Shown here piece by piece: positions 27,534 through 34,818 of a stretch of 64,000 bases of DNA (its first letter is position 1; every line of letters begins with the position of its first letter). The DNA comes from Fibrobacter succinogenes (GTDB lineage: Bacteria; Fibrobacterota; Fibrobacteria; Fibrobacterales; Fibrobacteraceae). A program made the position numbers and the translations under genes. The DNA is taken from positions 410-64,409 of the forward strand of contig CACXMH010000013.1 of NCBI GenBank assembly GCA_902768715.1. Direction: 5' to 3'. Under the pieces are notes generated by a model. That model worked only from the letters and a program-made list of their open reading frames with translations, was not told the DNA's origin and did no database searches.

Positions 27534-28547
27534 CTACTCTTCTACAACCAGGTCCATGGCCCGTTGGAGCATTCCGGCGGCGTCTTTTGTTTTGGGGGCT
27601 TCTTGGCTCAAGACCTGACGGAATTTTCGGGCGCCGGGGAGTCCAGTGAACAGCCCGTAGAGGTGGCGTGTGAGGATGGTAGCTGGAGTCCCTTTGGAAA
27701 ATTCCTTTTCCACATAGGGCAGATAGGCTTCGAGAACCGCTTTGCGGGACGCGGGCTTCCCTTCTTTTGTCATTCCCGGCTTGGCCGGGAATCTCCCATC
27801 ACAGAATATTCTCTCGTCGGCATCCCGCAGGAACCAAGGATTCTCGTAGGCTTCGCGACCCACCATCACGCCGTCCAGGTCTTTCAGCTGTTCTTCTACC
27901 TGGTCCATGGTTTTGATGCCGCCGTTGATGGAAATGTTCAGCTGGGGCATCTCGGCCTTTAAATTGTGGACAAATTCATATTTCAACGGCGGAACTTCCC
28001 GGTTCTCCTTGGGACTGAGCCCCTTGAGCCAGGCCTTTCGGGCGTGTATAATGAAAATTCGGCAGCCTGCGTCGGCGATAGTCCCGACAAAGTTCCGGAA
28101 AAATTCCCAGCTGTCGAATTCATCTACGCCGATGCGGCACTTGATGGAAACGGGAATGGAGACGGCGTCTTGCATGGCCTTGAAACAGTCCGCCACCAGG
28201 TTCTTGTCCTTCATGAGGCAGGCACCGAAGTTTCCGTTCTGTACCCGGTCCGAAGGGCATCCGCAGTTCAGGTTCACTTCGCCAAAGCCTGCGCATTCCA
28301 CCATCTTGCTTGCCGCCGCAAGTTCTGCAGGGTCGCTTCCGCCCAGTTGCAGCACCGCGGGCATTTCGCAGTCTTCGTGGCCCAGGAACAGTTCCGGGTC
28401 CTTGCAGTGCAAAAGTCCTGTAGATACCACCATCTCGCTGTAGAGCAAGATGTTCTTGGAAATCAACCGCAAAAAATACCGCTCGTGACGGTCGGTGCAG
28501 TCCAGCATGGGGGCGATAGAAAGCCGTCGGTTGAAATCCAGGTCCAT
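27534..28547 (-). CDS. dusA: tRNA-dihydrouridine synthase A
   Basis: N-terminal RLSIAPMLDCTDRHERYFLRL and a TIM-barrel Dus pattern (NLNCGCPS, IKCRIG, IIHARKA). Confidence 0.85.
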   Translation of the reverse strand: MDLDFNRRLSIAPMLDCTDRHERYFLRLISKNILLYSEMVVSTGLLHCKDPELFLGHEDCEMPAVLQLGGSDPAELAAASKMVECAGFGEVNLNCGCPSDRVQNGNFGACLMKDKNLVADCFKAMQDAVSIPVSIKCRIGVDEFDSWEFFRNFVGTIADAGCRIFIIHARKAWLKGLSPKENREVPPLKYEFVHNLKAEMPQLNISINGGIKTMDQVEEQLKDLDGVMVGREAYENPWFLRDADERIFCDGRFPAKPGMTKEGKPASRKAVLEAYLPYVEKEFSKGTPATILTRHLYGLFTGLPGARKFRQVLSQEAPKTKDAAGMLQRAMDLVVEE

Positions 28548-28562
28548 GGGGGGAAAGATAGT

Positions 28563-28711
28563 AATTAGGGGTTAGGTATTAGGTAATAGGTTGTAGGTAT
28601 TAGGGGTGCAGGTTTCAAGAAGCGTCATCCTGAGGAGTGTAGCGACGAAGGATCCAGTCTGTAGGAATAGGTAAACTGTGGTTTTGGGTCGCTTCGCTTT
28701 GAGGAGTGAGG
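28563..28711 (-). repeat. ~150-nt composite intergenic element (heptad array, GTCATCC...GGATCC hairpin, conserved flank); inverted copy of 41989-42137
   Basis: The reverse complement aligns by eye almost base-for-base with 41989-42137 (ctcaaagc.aa.cgacc.aaaccacagtttacctattcctac.gactggatccttcgtcgct.cactcctcaggatgac.cttcttg.aacctgcaccccta...). Confidence 0.85.
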
Positions 28712-28734
28712 TTCGAGGCGCGAGGTTTGGGAAA

Positions 28735-28763
28735 TGTCATCCTCGCGAAGGCGAGGATCCGCC
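28735..28763. repeat. GTCATCCTCGC gaag GCGAGGATCC hairpin repeat (short-loop variant)
   Basis: Perfect ATCCTCGC/GCGAGGAT stem. The same unit occurs at 53013-53040. Confidence 0.85.
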
Positions 28764-28785
28764 AAACACTAGCCATTTTTCTATA

Positions 28786-29706
28786 ATGCTTACCATGAGC
28801 CTGATTAAAAACATTGTCGTAGCGGGCGGGACCCATGGAAACGAGCGGACAGGTGTCCGCCTGGTGGAAAAGTGGATGGAATACCCCGAATGCTACAGCT
28901 CCTGTTGCCCAAGCGCCAAGGTGGAACTGGTGCTTTCGAACCCGGAGGCGGTCCGGCAGAACAGGCGGTACCGCGACCACGACCTGAACAGGGCTTTTTC
29001 ACAGGTGTGCCTGGACATGAGCGCAGAACCCCAGGAATACGAGTTCCGCCGTGCACGGGAACTGAACCGCATCTACGGCCCCAAGGGAACCGGCACAAAG
29101 ACAGACCTGTTGCTGGACGTGCACAATACGGGAGCCAACATGGGGCTGTGCCTGATCCTTTCGGCGCGGGACCCTTTCACTATGAAAGCCTCCGCCGTGC
29201 TGACCCAGGAATTCAAGGACGCCTGGATTTATTACCAACCCGAAGAGCGGAGCATGTCGCCTTACTTTGGCACGGTGGCCAAGGCGGACGTGTGCATCGA
29301 GATTGGCCCCCAGCAGCACGGCACCCTGGATGCACGCCTGTTCGAGGAATCGGAAAGTCTTGTGAAGCGTTACCTGGAACTTGCGGAGGAATGGAACCGT
29401 GGGGAACTCCAGAAGCGTGCCCCTATTCAGGTGGAAGTGTTTACGCAACTTCGGGACTTGGGTTACCCCAAGGCCTGGACGGGAGCGCCCATCGAGGCCA
29501 TGATTCATCCCGATTTGTTGGGCCGTGACTTTGGCGAACTGAAAAAGGGCGACAAGTTGTTCCGCACCTTCGACGGCAAGGACATTCTGTACCAGGGCGA
29601 GGCTGACGGACGCGAGAGCGTGTGGCCCATCTTTATCAACGAACCCGCCTACTACGAGAAGGACATCGCCATGAGCCTTACGGTAAGGACCGTGGAGGAG
29701 TGGTGA
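28786..29706 (+). CDS. Aspartoacylase / succinylglutamate desuccinylase family zinc hydrolase
   Basis: N-terminal IVVAGGTHGNERTG motif and DLNRAF. The start is placed at the ATG at 28786 (or 28795), because the upstream part of the track ORF lies in repeats. Confidence 0.75.
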   Translation: MLTMSLIKNIVVAGGTHGNERTGVRLVEKWMEYPECYSSCCPSAKVELVLSNPEAVRQNRRYRDHDLNRAFSQVCLDMSAEPQEYEFRRARELNRIYGPKGTGTKTDLLLDVHNTGANMGLCLILSARDPFTMKASAVLTQEFKDAWIYYQPEERSMSPYFGTVAKADVCIEIGPQQHGTLDARLFEESESLVKRYLELAEEWNRGELQKRAPIQVEVFTQLRDLGYPKAWTGAPIEAMIHPDLLGRDFGELKKGDKLFRTFDGKDILYQGEADGRESVWPIFINEPAYYEKDIAMSLTVRTVEEW

Positions 29707-29725
29707 TTACAGACGAGAGATTTAT

Positions 29726-30388
29726 ATGGCTGAATTTGATGAAAAAAGCGTGCCCAGTGCAGAACTTTCCATGGTTCCGGGGGAAGAACGTCTGAAAAAT
29801 TTCATGGAACTGGTCCAGGCCGAAAAGACCAAGCCCTGGGAGTCCCGCCTTCAGGACATTCTGGATTCTTTCGAGGATTTTTTGACCCTGCGTCCGGAAC
29901 CGCCCCAGTCCTGGCTGGACAACTACGCCGCCAGCGGTAAAAAGTTCGACTACCATCAGGTGGTGCTGCCCCAGGATTTCCAGGACCCCTACGAAGACGA
30001 CCTGGGGAACATCCGCAGGCTCCGCGGTGAATTCGAACGTGTGCCCAGCACCATGGCCCTGGAGCACGAACTGATTAGCCGCAATTACTTTATCTACGAG
30101 AACGGACACGCCGACCCCATCGCAGCCCCGCGCCCTATGCTCATGCTAGAAAGCAAGGACCGGGACGACGACCAGGAGGAGGAAGAAGGAGACATCACCT
30201 GGGACTGCTGTATCTCCATTTTCCCCGACGGAAGCTACACTTCTTACAACCTGGACCACGATGACGAAGAGGTTTTGGGGGAGGATTTCAAGGCCGTTTT
30301 CGAAAAACACATCGAAACTCTGTCCAAAATGCAGCTGGTGATTCCCGTAGAGGGCAGGGATTATGGTATATTGAGGAGTGATGCGTAG
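29726..30388 (+). CDS. Acidic hypothetical protein
   Basis: 220-aa ORF with good coding appearance and no recognised domain. It overlaps the next gene by 11 nt. Confidence 0.5.
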   Translation: MAEFDEKSVPSAELSMVPGEERLKNFMELVQAEKTKPWESRLQDILDSFEDFLTLRPEPPQSWLDNYAASGKKFDYHQVVLPQDFQDPYEDDLGNIRRLRGEFERVPSTMALEHELISRNYFIYENGHADPIAAPRPMLMLESKDRDDDQEEEEGDITWDCCISIFPDGSYTSYNLDHDDEEVLGEDFKAVFEKHIETLSKMQLVIPVEGRDYGILRSDA

Positions 30389-31664
30389 GCTCTTGACAAA
30401 GGTAATGCTCGGAATGTCCCTGCTTTGCAGCGGGGCTTTTGCGGCCTTTATCCAGAGCCCCATACCGCCCAGCACTCAGCAGAACTTTGTGCGAGATACC
30501 GACGGCGATGGCCGCATGGACCAGATGGAAATCCGTTTCCTGGGGAACCTGACCAAGGAATACGTGTCCTCCATGCTGGACAGCCTCACTTTTGAATGGA
30601 TTGATTCTTCGGGAGCGGCCAAGCATTACGGCGTGGCTGCAGGCAAGTTCCAGCTGAACCCGGCCAACAAGCGCAGCCTCGTAGTTGACCTGAAAGGGAT
30701 GCAGAAAAGTTTCCGCCTGCTGACGGCCCTTTCTACCATGGAGTTTTCTGCCGCCATCTACGGTTCGGCGCTTTTGTACCTGCGGGACGGTTCCATGTAT
30801 CCCGTGGCCCTGAAAGACGCCATGGCGCCAGCCATCATGTCGGCCTACCTGAGAAACATGCGGGGCAAGTCCAAAGACTCCCTGACGGTGCTGTTTTCGG
30901 AAACTGTCCGAACGGTTCCCGGCTGCCCGGCGCTGCTGGAATACAAGAGCGCAAAAGACGGCAAGGTCCGCAAACTCAAGACAGACGAAATCCGCTGGAA
31001 TTTCTGGATGAATTCCGCCGTGTTCGTTCTGGACAAGAAGGCCTCTGCCGATGCGCTGAATTTCCGGGATTCCTTGCGGTTGGTGAACGGCTGCGTCGAA
31101 GATACCAGCGGGAATGCGGTGTCGAAGGTCTCCCAGTTCTCGTCGCTGACAGGATATTCTCCTTTCGAGGTGGTAGTGCCCTCCATGGCGGTGGACAGCG
31201 TCTCTAGGCATGGCGCAGGTGCCGAAGGTGCGGGCCTTCCGATTTTCCAACTGAATTTCCAGCCTCTGCCTGTAGAATCCGCACGGGATACGGCCTGGGG
31301 CGTCTATATGGACGTGCTGGGTGAAGAATTCGAAAACGCCCTCCGTGAAATTTTGAAGATGGACGAAAAGACTCCTGTTAGTTTGTCAAAACTGAAGGTC
31401 CGCTTCGACATCCGCATCTACACGAACCTGGGCGCCTATGTGGTGGGAACCCGCGCCGATATCGCCGGAAGCGACGAACGCCTGGGCGGCAAGCCCACGC
31501 AGCTTTCTCTCCGCTGGAACTTTATGGACAGTCACGGTCGCCGTGTTTCTACGGGCGTCTATATCGCAAACGTGACCGCCGTGGTGGAATACGACGGCAA
31601 GGCCGTGTTCCGGAACGGAACGGACGCCACGGCATCCTACGTGTTCGGGGTGGTCCGCCGCTAG
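30378..31664 (+). CDS. Secreted hypothetical protein
   Basis: Signal peptide (LGMSLLCSGAFAAF), a DTDGDGRMD calcium-binding-like motif, and a beta-rich C-terminus. No family recognised. Confidence 0.55.
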   Translation: MMRRLLTKVMLGMSLLCSGAFAAFIQSPIPPSTQQNFVRDTDGDGRMDQMEIRFLGNLTKEYVSSMLDSLTFEWIDSSGAAKHYGVAAGKFQLNPANKRSLVVDLKGMQKSFRLLTALSTMEFSAAIYGSALLYLRDGSMYPVALKDAMAPAIMSAYLRNMRGKSKDSLTVLFSETVRTVPGCPALLEYKSAKDGKVRKLKTDEIRWNFWMNSAVFVLDKKASADALNFRDSLRLVNGCVEDTSGNAVSKVSQFSSLTGYSPFEVVVPSMAVDSVSRHGAGAEGAGLPIFQLNFQPLPVESARDTAWGVYMDVLGEEFENALREILKMDEKTPVSLSKLKVRFDIRIYTNLGAYVVGTRADIAGSDERLGGKPTQLSLRWNFMDSHGRRVSTGVYIANVTAVVEYDGKAVFRNGTDATASYVFGVVRR

Positions 31665-31678
31665 GGCCTGCTTTTCCC

Positions 31679-32641
31679 ATGGACTTGGAAGAGACGAAAA
31701 TCTATAAAGGGTACCAATCCTTTATAGAGCTTTCCTTGCCTGAATCGAAGTTAGGGGCAGAACCTTGTCAAGTTACTTTGTCTGAAATCCTGGACGGCTA
31801 TGACGCCTTCTGTTTCGATGGTTACGGGACGCTATACAACCGCGGGGATTTTGTTTACCCCGGAGCCATGGAGTGGTACCGCACTTTGCGGGCGGCGGGC
31901 AAGCACTTGCGACTGGTGACCAATGCGGCCTCCAACACCGACGAGTTCCTTGCGGCAGACGCCGGGGCCCGGGGCTTTGATTTTACGGCAGAAGAGACTA
32001 TTTCCTCGGGCGGATTGCTTGCGGACCTGTCTCGGGGTGAGCCCGTGGGTGTTTTTGATTTTGTGGGGTTTTCTGGGCAGAAACGCGGGCCGGTTGAGGG
32101 ACTGAAAATCGGGGAACCTCTGGAAAGAAACGTCCGTGAAGTTTATTACATCGGTCGGGACACCGGCGTGAACGTGCTTGCCCAGGCGGGAATGGCTGTT
32201 GCCGAAAATCCGGTGGACCCGGTGGTGGCGGTATCGTCTTACACGGCAACCTCCGAGATGTTCGAGCGGGCGGTAGAGATATTGCGGCGCCCCGACGGCT
32301 TGCTGCTGGTGCTGAATCCCGACGCCTGGGCGCCCAAGATAGACGGCAGCCGGAGCGCCGTGTCCGGCACGCTGGCGGAACGCTTGCGGGTAGCCTCCGG
32401 CTGCAAGACGTGTTATTTGGGTAAACCGTTTCCTGCCATCTGGGAAAAGGTCCGTCGTTCGCTCCCTGCGGGTGCGCGGGTGCTGATGATAGGCGATACC
32501 ATCGGGACGGATGTTTACGGTGCAAAGATTGCAGGCTTTGATGCCGCCCTGGTGGTAGGTCGCAACGTTCCTGCAGAAAGCCTTGCTGCAGACGAAGCCG
32601 CCTTAGGCGTGCGGCCCGACTACTACTTGGTGCCGGGCTGA
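31679..32641 (+). CDS. HAD-superfamily hydrolase, subfamily IIA-like
   Basis: Motif I FCFDGYGTLY, motif II VTNAAS, motif III GKP, motif IV GDTIGTDVYGA. Confidence 0.75.
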   Translation: MDLEETKIYKGYQSFIELSLPESKLGAEPCQVTLSEILDGYDAFCFDGYGTLYNRGDFVYPGAMEWYRTLRAAGKHLRLVTNAASNTDEFLAADAGARGFDFTAEETISSGGLLADLSRGEPVGVFDFVGFSGQKRGPVEGLKIGEPLERNVREVYYIGRDTGVNVLAQAGMAVAENPVDPVVAVSSYTATSEMFERAVEILRRPDGLLLVLNPDAWAPKIDGSRSAVSGTLAERLRVASGCKTCYLGKPFPAIWEKVRRSLPAGARVLMIGDTIGTDVYGAKIAGFDAALVVGRNVPAESLAADEAALGVRPDYYLVPG

Positions 32642-33198
32642 ACGCTGGCGGAGTCCGGCGCTGTGGGCGCGGAAGGTACAGCCGTCGAATCCTGAACTTT
32701 CGCGCTGGTCGCGGAATCTACGGCTGGTGTGACAAGTGCCGAGCCATCTGCTTTCTTGTCGGCCACAATCACATAGAGGGTGTCGTGAACGACGTCGTGG
32801 ACGACTACAGTATCCCGCACAAAGACGGTATCGGTCTTGCAGGTTGGAACAGCACCCTGTGGTGCCGCCGCTGAACTGGACGGTTGTGGCGGGTTCTTCC
32901 GGATTTGTTCTTCCAGGGCGGCCCGTTCGGTTTTGAGGGCATCCAGTTCTTTCTTGATGTTGGCTTTGTTGTTCGGCCTGCGTTCCCGGGAGTATTTGCC
33001 TTCTAGGGTGTTGATTCTCTTGTCCAGCTCCCGGAGCTTGTCGTATTCCGGGCCTTCGCCCTCGACGGTGGGCATGGGGGAGAAAAAGTCCTTGAACTTT
33101 TGCCACAGGGATTTTTCTTCGGCATGGGAAAGGGAGGCAAGCCCGAGGGCGAGCAGGGTTGCGGGCAGAATGGCTCGTGTAAAGCGGGAAATAACCAT
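32623..33198 (-). CDS. Secreted coiled-coil hypothetical protein
   Basis: Signal peptide (AILPATLLALGLASLSHA), a charged coiled-coil segment and a Ser/Ala/Pro-rich tail. Preferred over the 32603-33586 ORF, which runs through tRNA-Gly. Confidence 0.55.
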   Translation of the reverse strand: MVISRFTRAILPATLLALGLASLSHAEEKSLWQKFKDFFSPMPTVEGEGPEYDKLRELDKRINTLEGKYSRERRPNNKANIKKELDALKTERAALEEQIRKNPPQPSSSAAAPQGAVPTCKTDTVFVRDTVVVHDVVHDTLYVIVADKKADGSALVTPAVDSATSAKVQDSTAVPSAPTAPDSASVQPGTK

Positions 33199-33279
33199 GC
33201 CCCAATGATAGAAAAAATATCTTTGGCGGGGCGAATCCCTTTACAGGGTGCGTTTTTTTATTAAATTTGGAAAACTCTC

Positions 33280-33352
33280 GCGGGAGTAGCTCAGTTGGTA
33301 GAGCGCGACCTTCCCAAGGTCGATGTCGAGGGTTCGAACCCCTTTTCCCGCT
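33280..33352 (+). tRNA. tRNA-Gly (anticodon CCC)
   Basis: Manual cloverleaf: acceptor GCGGGAG/TTCCCGC, D-arm GCTC-AGTTGGTA-GAGC, anticodon arm CGACC-TTCCCAA-GGTCG, T-arm GAGGG-TTCGAAC-CCCTT, discriminator T. Confidence 0.9.
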
Positions 33353-33356
33353 CGAA

Positions 33357-33390
33357 AAACAAAAAGACGCCACCAGGCGTCTTTTTGTTT
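33357..33390 (+). terminator. Intrinsic terminator after tRNA-Gly
   Basis: AAAAAGACGCC acca GGCGTCTTTTT followed by GTTTTT. Confidence 0.75.
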
Positions 33391-33550
33391 TTATGGCGGG
33401 TGTTAGAAGGGATGAGAACCCTCGAAGAGGGTTTGACACAAAATTGCCGTGGGCACAAAGTTGCCCATGAAATAGGCAATTTTTGAGCTTAACGCGAGTG
33501 TACGAGCGTTGAGCCCGTAAGGGTTGGCAATCAGCCGCGAAGCGGTGTCT

Positions 33551-33639
33551 GATTGTCAACAACCCCTTTTCCCGCTCGAAAAACAAGACGAGCCCTTTTG
33601 GGCTCGCCTTGTTTTTTGTAGAGGGAAGTTAGAAGGGGT
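33551..33639 (+). repeat. Duplicated tRNA-Gly 3' end (26 nt), second terminator hairpin, and GTTAGAAGGGRTGAGAACCCT box
   Basis: aaccccttttcccgctcgaaaaacaa at 33551-33576 is identical to 33337-33362. CGAGCCC tttt GGGCTCG plus a T-run follows. The box at 33618-33639 matches 33392-33413. Confidence 0.85.
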
Positions 33640-33654
33640 GAGAACCCTTCTCCT

Positions 33655-33737
33655 GTCATCCTGGAGCGCGTAGCGCGATAGGATCCACCCCAATTTGTCA
33701 TGCCCCGTCATCCTGGAGCGAAGCGACGGGATCCAGT
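33655..33737. repeat. Two GTCATCCTGGAGCG...GGATCC hairpin repeats
   Basis: gtcatcctggagcgcgtagcgcgataggatcc and gtcatcctggagcgaagcgacgggatccagtc. The second resembles 28623-28658 and 42047-42078. Confidence 0.8.
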
Positions 33738-33974
33738 CTTTTTATAACAAATCTTTCCCTCGATGTGTGTTCCCTCGCTCGCAGATTCATTTCATTCGAC
33801 TGTTCTCTCGGGAAGCACACATCTCGGTCAAAAAACAAGCGTTGGTTTTGGCATACAAGTGCTTTTTCGGGCAAGAACATTTACTACAGGTGAGAAACAT
33901 TACCGCAGGAGGAAACTCTTGTGACTGTTAGTCCCTGCGAGTTTCCTCCGAGATGTCTTCCCCGCATCCTTCCT

Positions 33975-34004
33975 TGTCATCCCCGACTTGGTCGGGGATC
34001 TCCC
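33975..34004. repeat. TGTCATCCCCGAC ttg GTCGGGGATCTCC hairpin repeat
   Basis: Perfect ATCCCCGAC/GTCGGGGAT stem with the GGGGATCTCC tail also seen at 18630-18639 and 20476-20485. Confidence 0.8.
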
Positions 34005-34015
34005 TTCCTTTCCCC

Positions 34016-34690
34016 TTACTTCACGCTCCAGTCGATAGGCTCGATTCCCTTGCTTACAAGGAATGCATTTGCCTTGCTGAAATGCCTGCAGCCGAAAAAT
34101 CCCCGGTAGGCCGACAGTGGGCTGGGGTGTGGGGCGGTGAGAATCAGGTGTCCGCGGTTTGGCGCCACCAGGGCCTGTTTCTTGATGGCGAAACTGCCCC
34201 ACAGCAGAAACACCAGGTTTTCCCGTACCTGCGAGAGCCTCTGGATAATGGTGTCGGTAAAGGTCTGCCAGCCGATTCCTGCGTGGCTTGCGGCCATGTG
34301 GGCCCGCACCGTCAGGGAGGCGTTCAGGAGCAAGATCCCCTGCTTGGCCCAGCATTCCAGGTTCCCGTGGGGCGGGGGCGTAATGCCCAGGTCGTCGTGG
34401 AGTTCCTGGAAGATGTTGATGAGGGAAGGCGGCGGGTCGATTCCGTTGGGCACCGAGAAGCAGAGCCCGTGGGCCTGTCCCGGATTGTGATAAGGGTCTT
34501 GCCCGATGATGACCGCCTTTACCTTGCCCACAGGGCAAAAGTCCAGGGCCGCAAAGATTTTCGGTCCCGGCGGATACACCACATGGTGTTCCGCCTTCTC
34601 CTTCAGGAGAGTTTCCTTTATTTTCTGGAAATAGGGCTGCTCGAACTGGTCGCCCAGGAGTTTTAGCCAGGATTCTTCCAACTTGACCAT
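34016..34690 (-). CDS. ung: Uracil-DNA glycosylase (family 1)
   Basis: GQDPYHNPGQAHGLCFSV catalytic motif, and HPSPLSA near the C-terminus. Confidence 0.92.
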   Translation of the reverse strand: MVKLEESWLKLLGDQFEQPYFQKIKETLLKEKAEHHVVYPPGPKIFAALDFCPVGKVKAVIIGQDPYHNPGQAHGLCFSVPNGIDPPPSLINIFQELHDDLGITPPPHGNLECWAKQGILLLNASLTVRAHMAASHAGIGWQTFTDTIIQRLSQVRENLVFLLWGSFAIKKQALVAPNRGHLILTAPHPSPLSAYRGFFGCRHFSKANAFLVSKGIEPIDWSVK

Positions 34691-34818
34691 AGTGCCCCGA
34701 AATTAGCAATTTTTATCTCTCAAAAAGGGAAATCGGCCATTTGTCTTGAAAAAAATTGCCACCCTTTTGTTTTTTTTTCCTATCATTAAGAATACATGGT
34801 TTACGAAAGGAGAGTCCT

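Noticed and set aside
32603-33586. 327-aa minus-strand ORF spanning the tRNA-Gly region.
   Set aside because: It runs straight through a well-folded tRNA and its terminators. Its translation is Arg/Pro-rich nonsense. The shorter in-region ORF 32623-33198, which has a signal peptide, is preferred.
33337-33639. Prophage or genomic island integrated at tRNA-Gly.
   Set aside because: Direct repeats of the tRNA 3' end are present, but they enclose only about 190 bp, with no integrase or any other gene. It is kept as a possible scar in the findings, not called as a mobile element.
33695-34709. ORFs 33695-33931(+), 33698-33880(-) and 33900-34709(-) in and next to the tRNA-Gly/ung gap.
   Set aside because: The first two lie in repeat and hairpin DNA and have no coding character. 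The third is antisense to ung.
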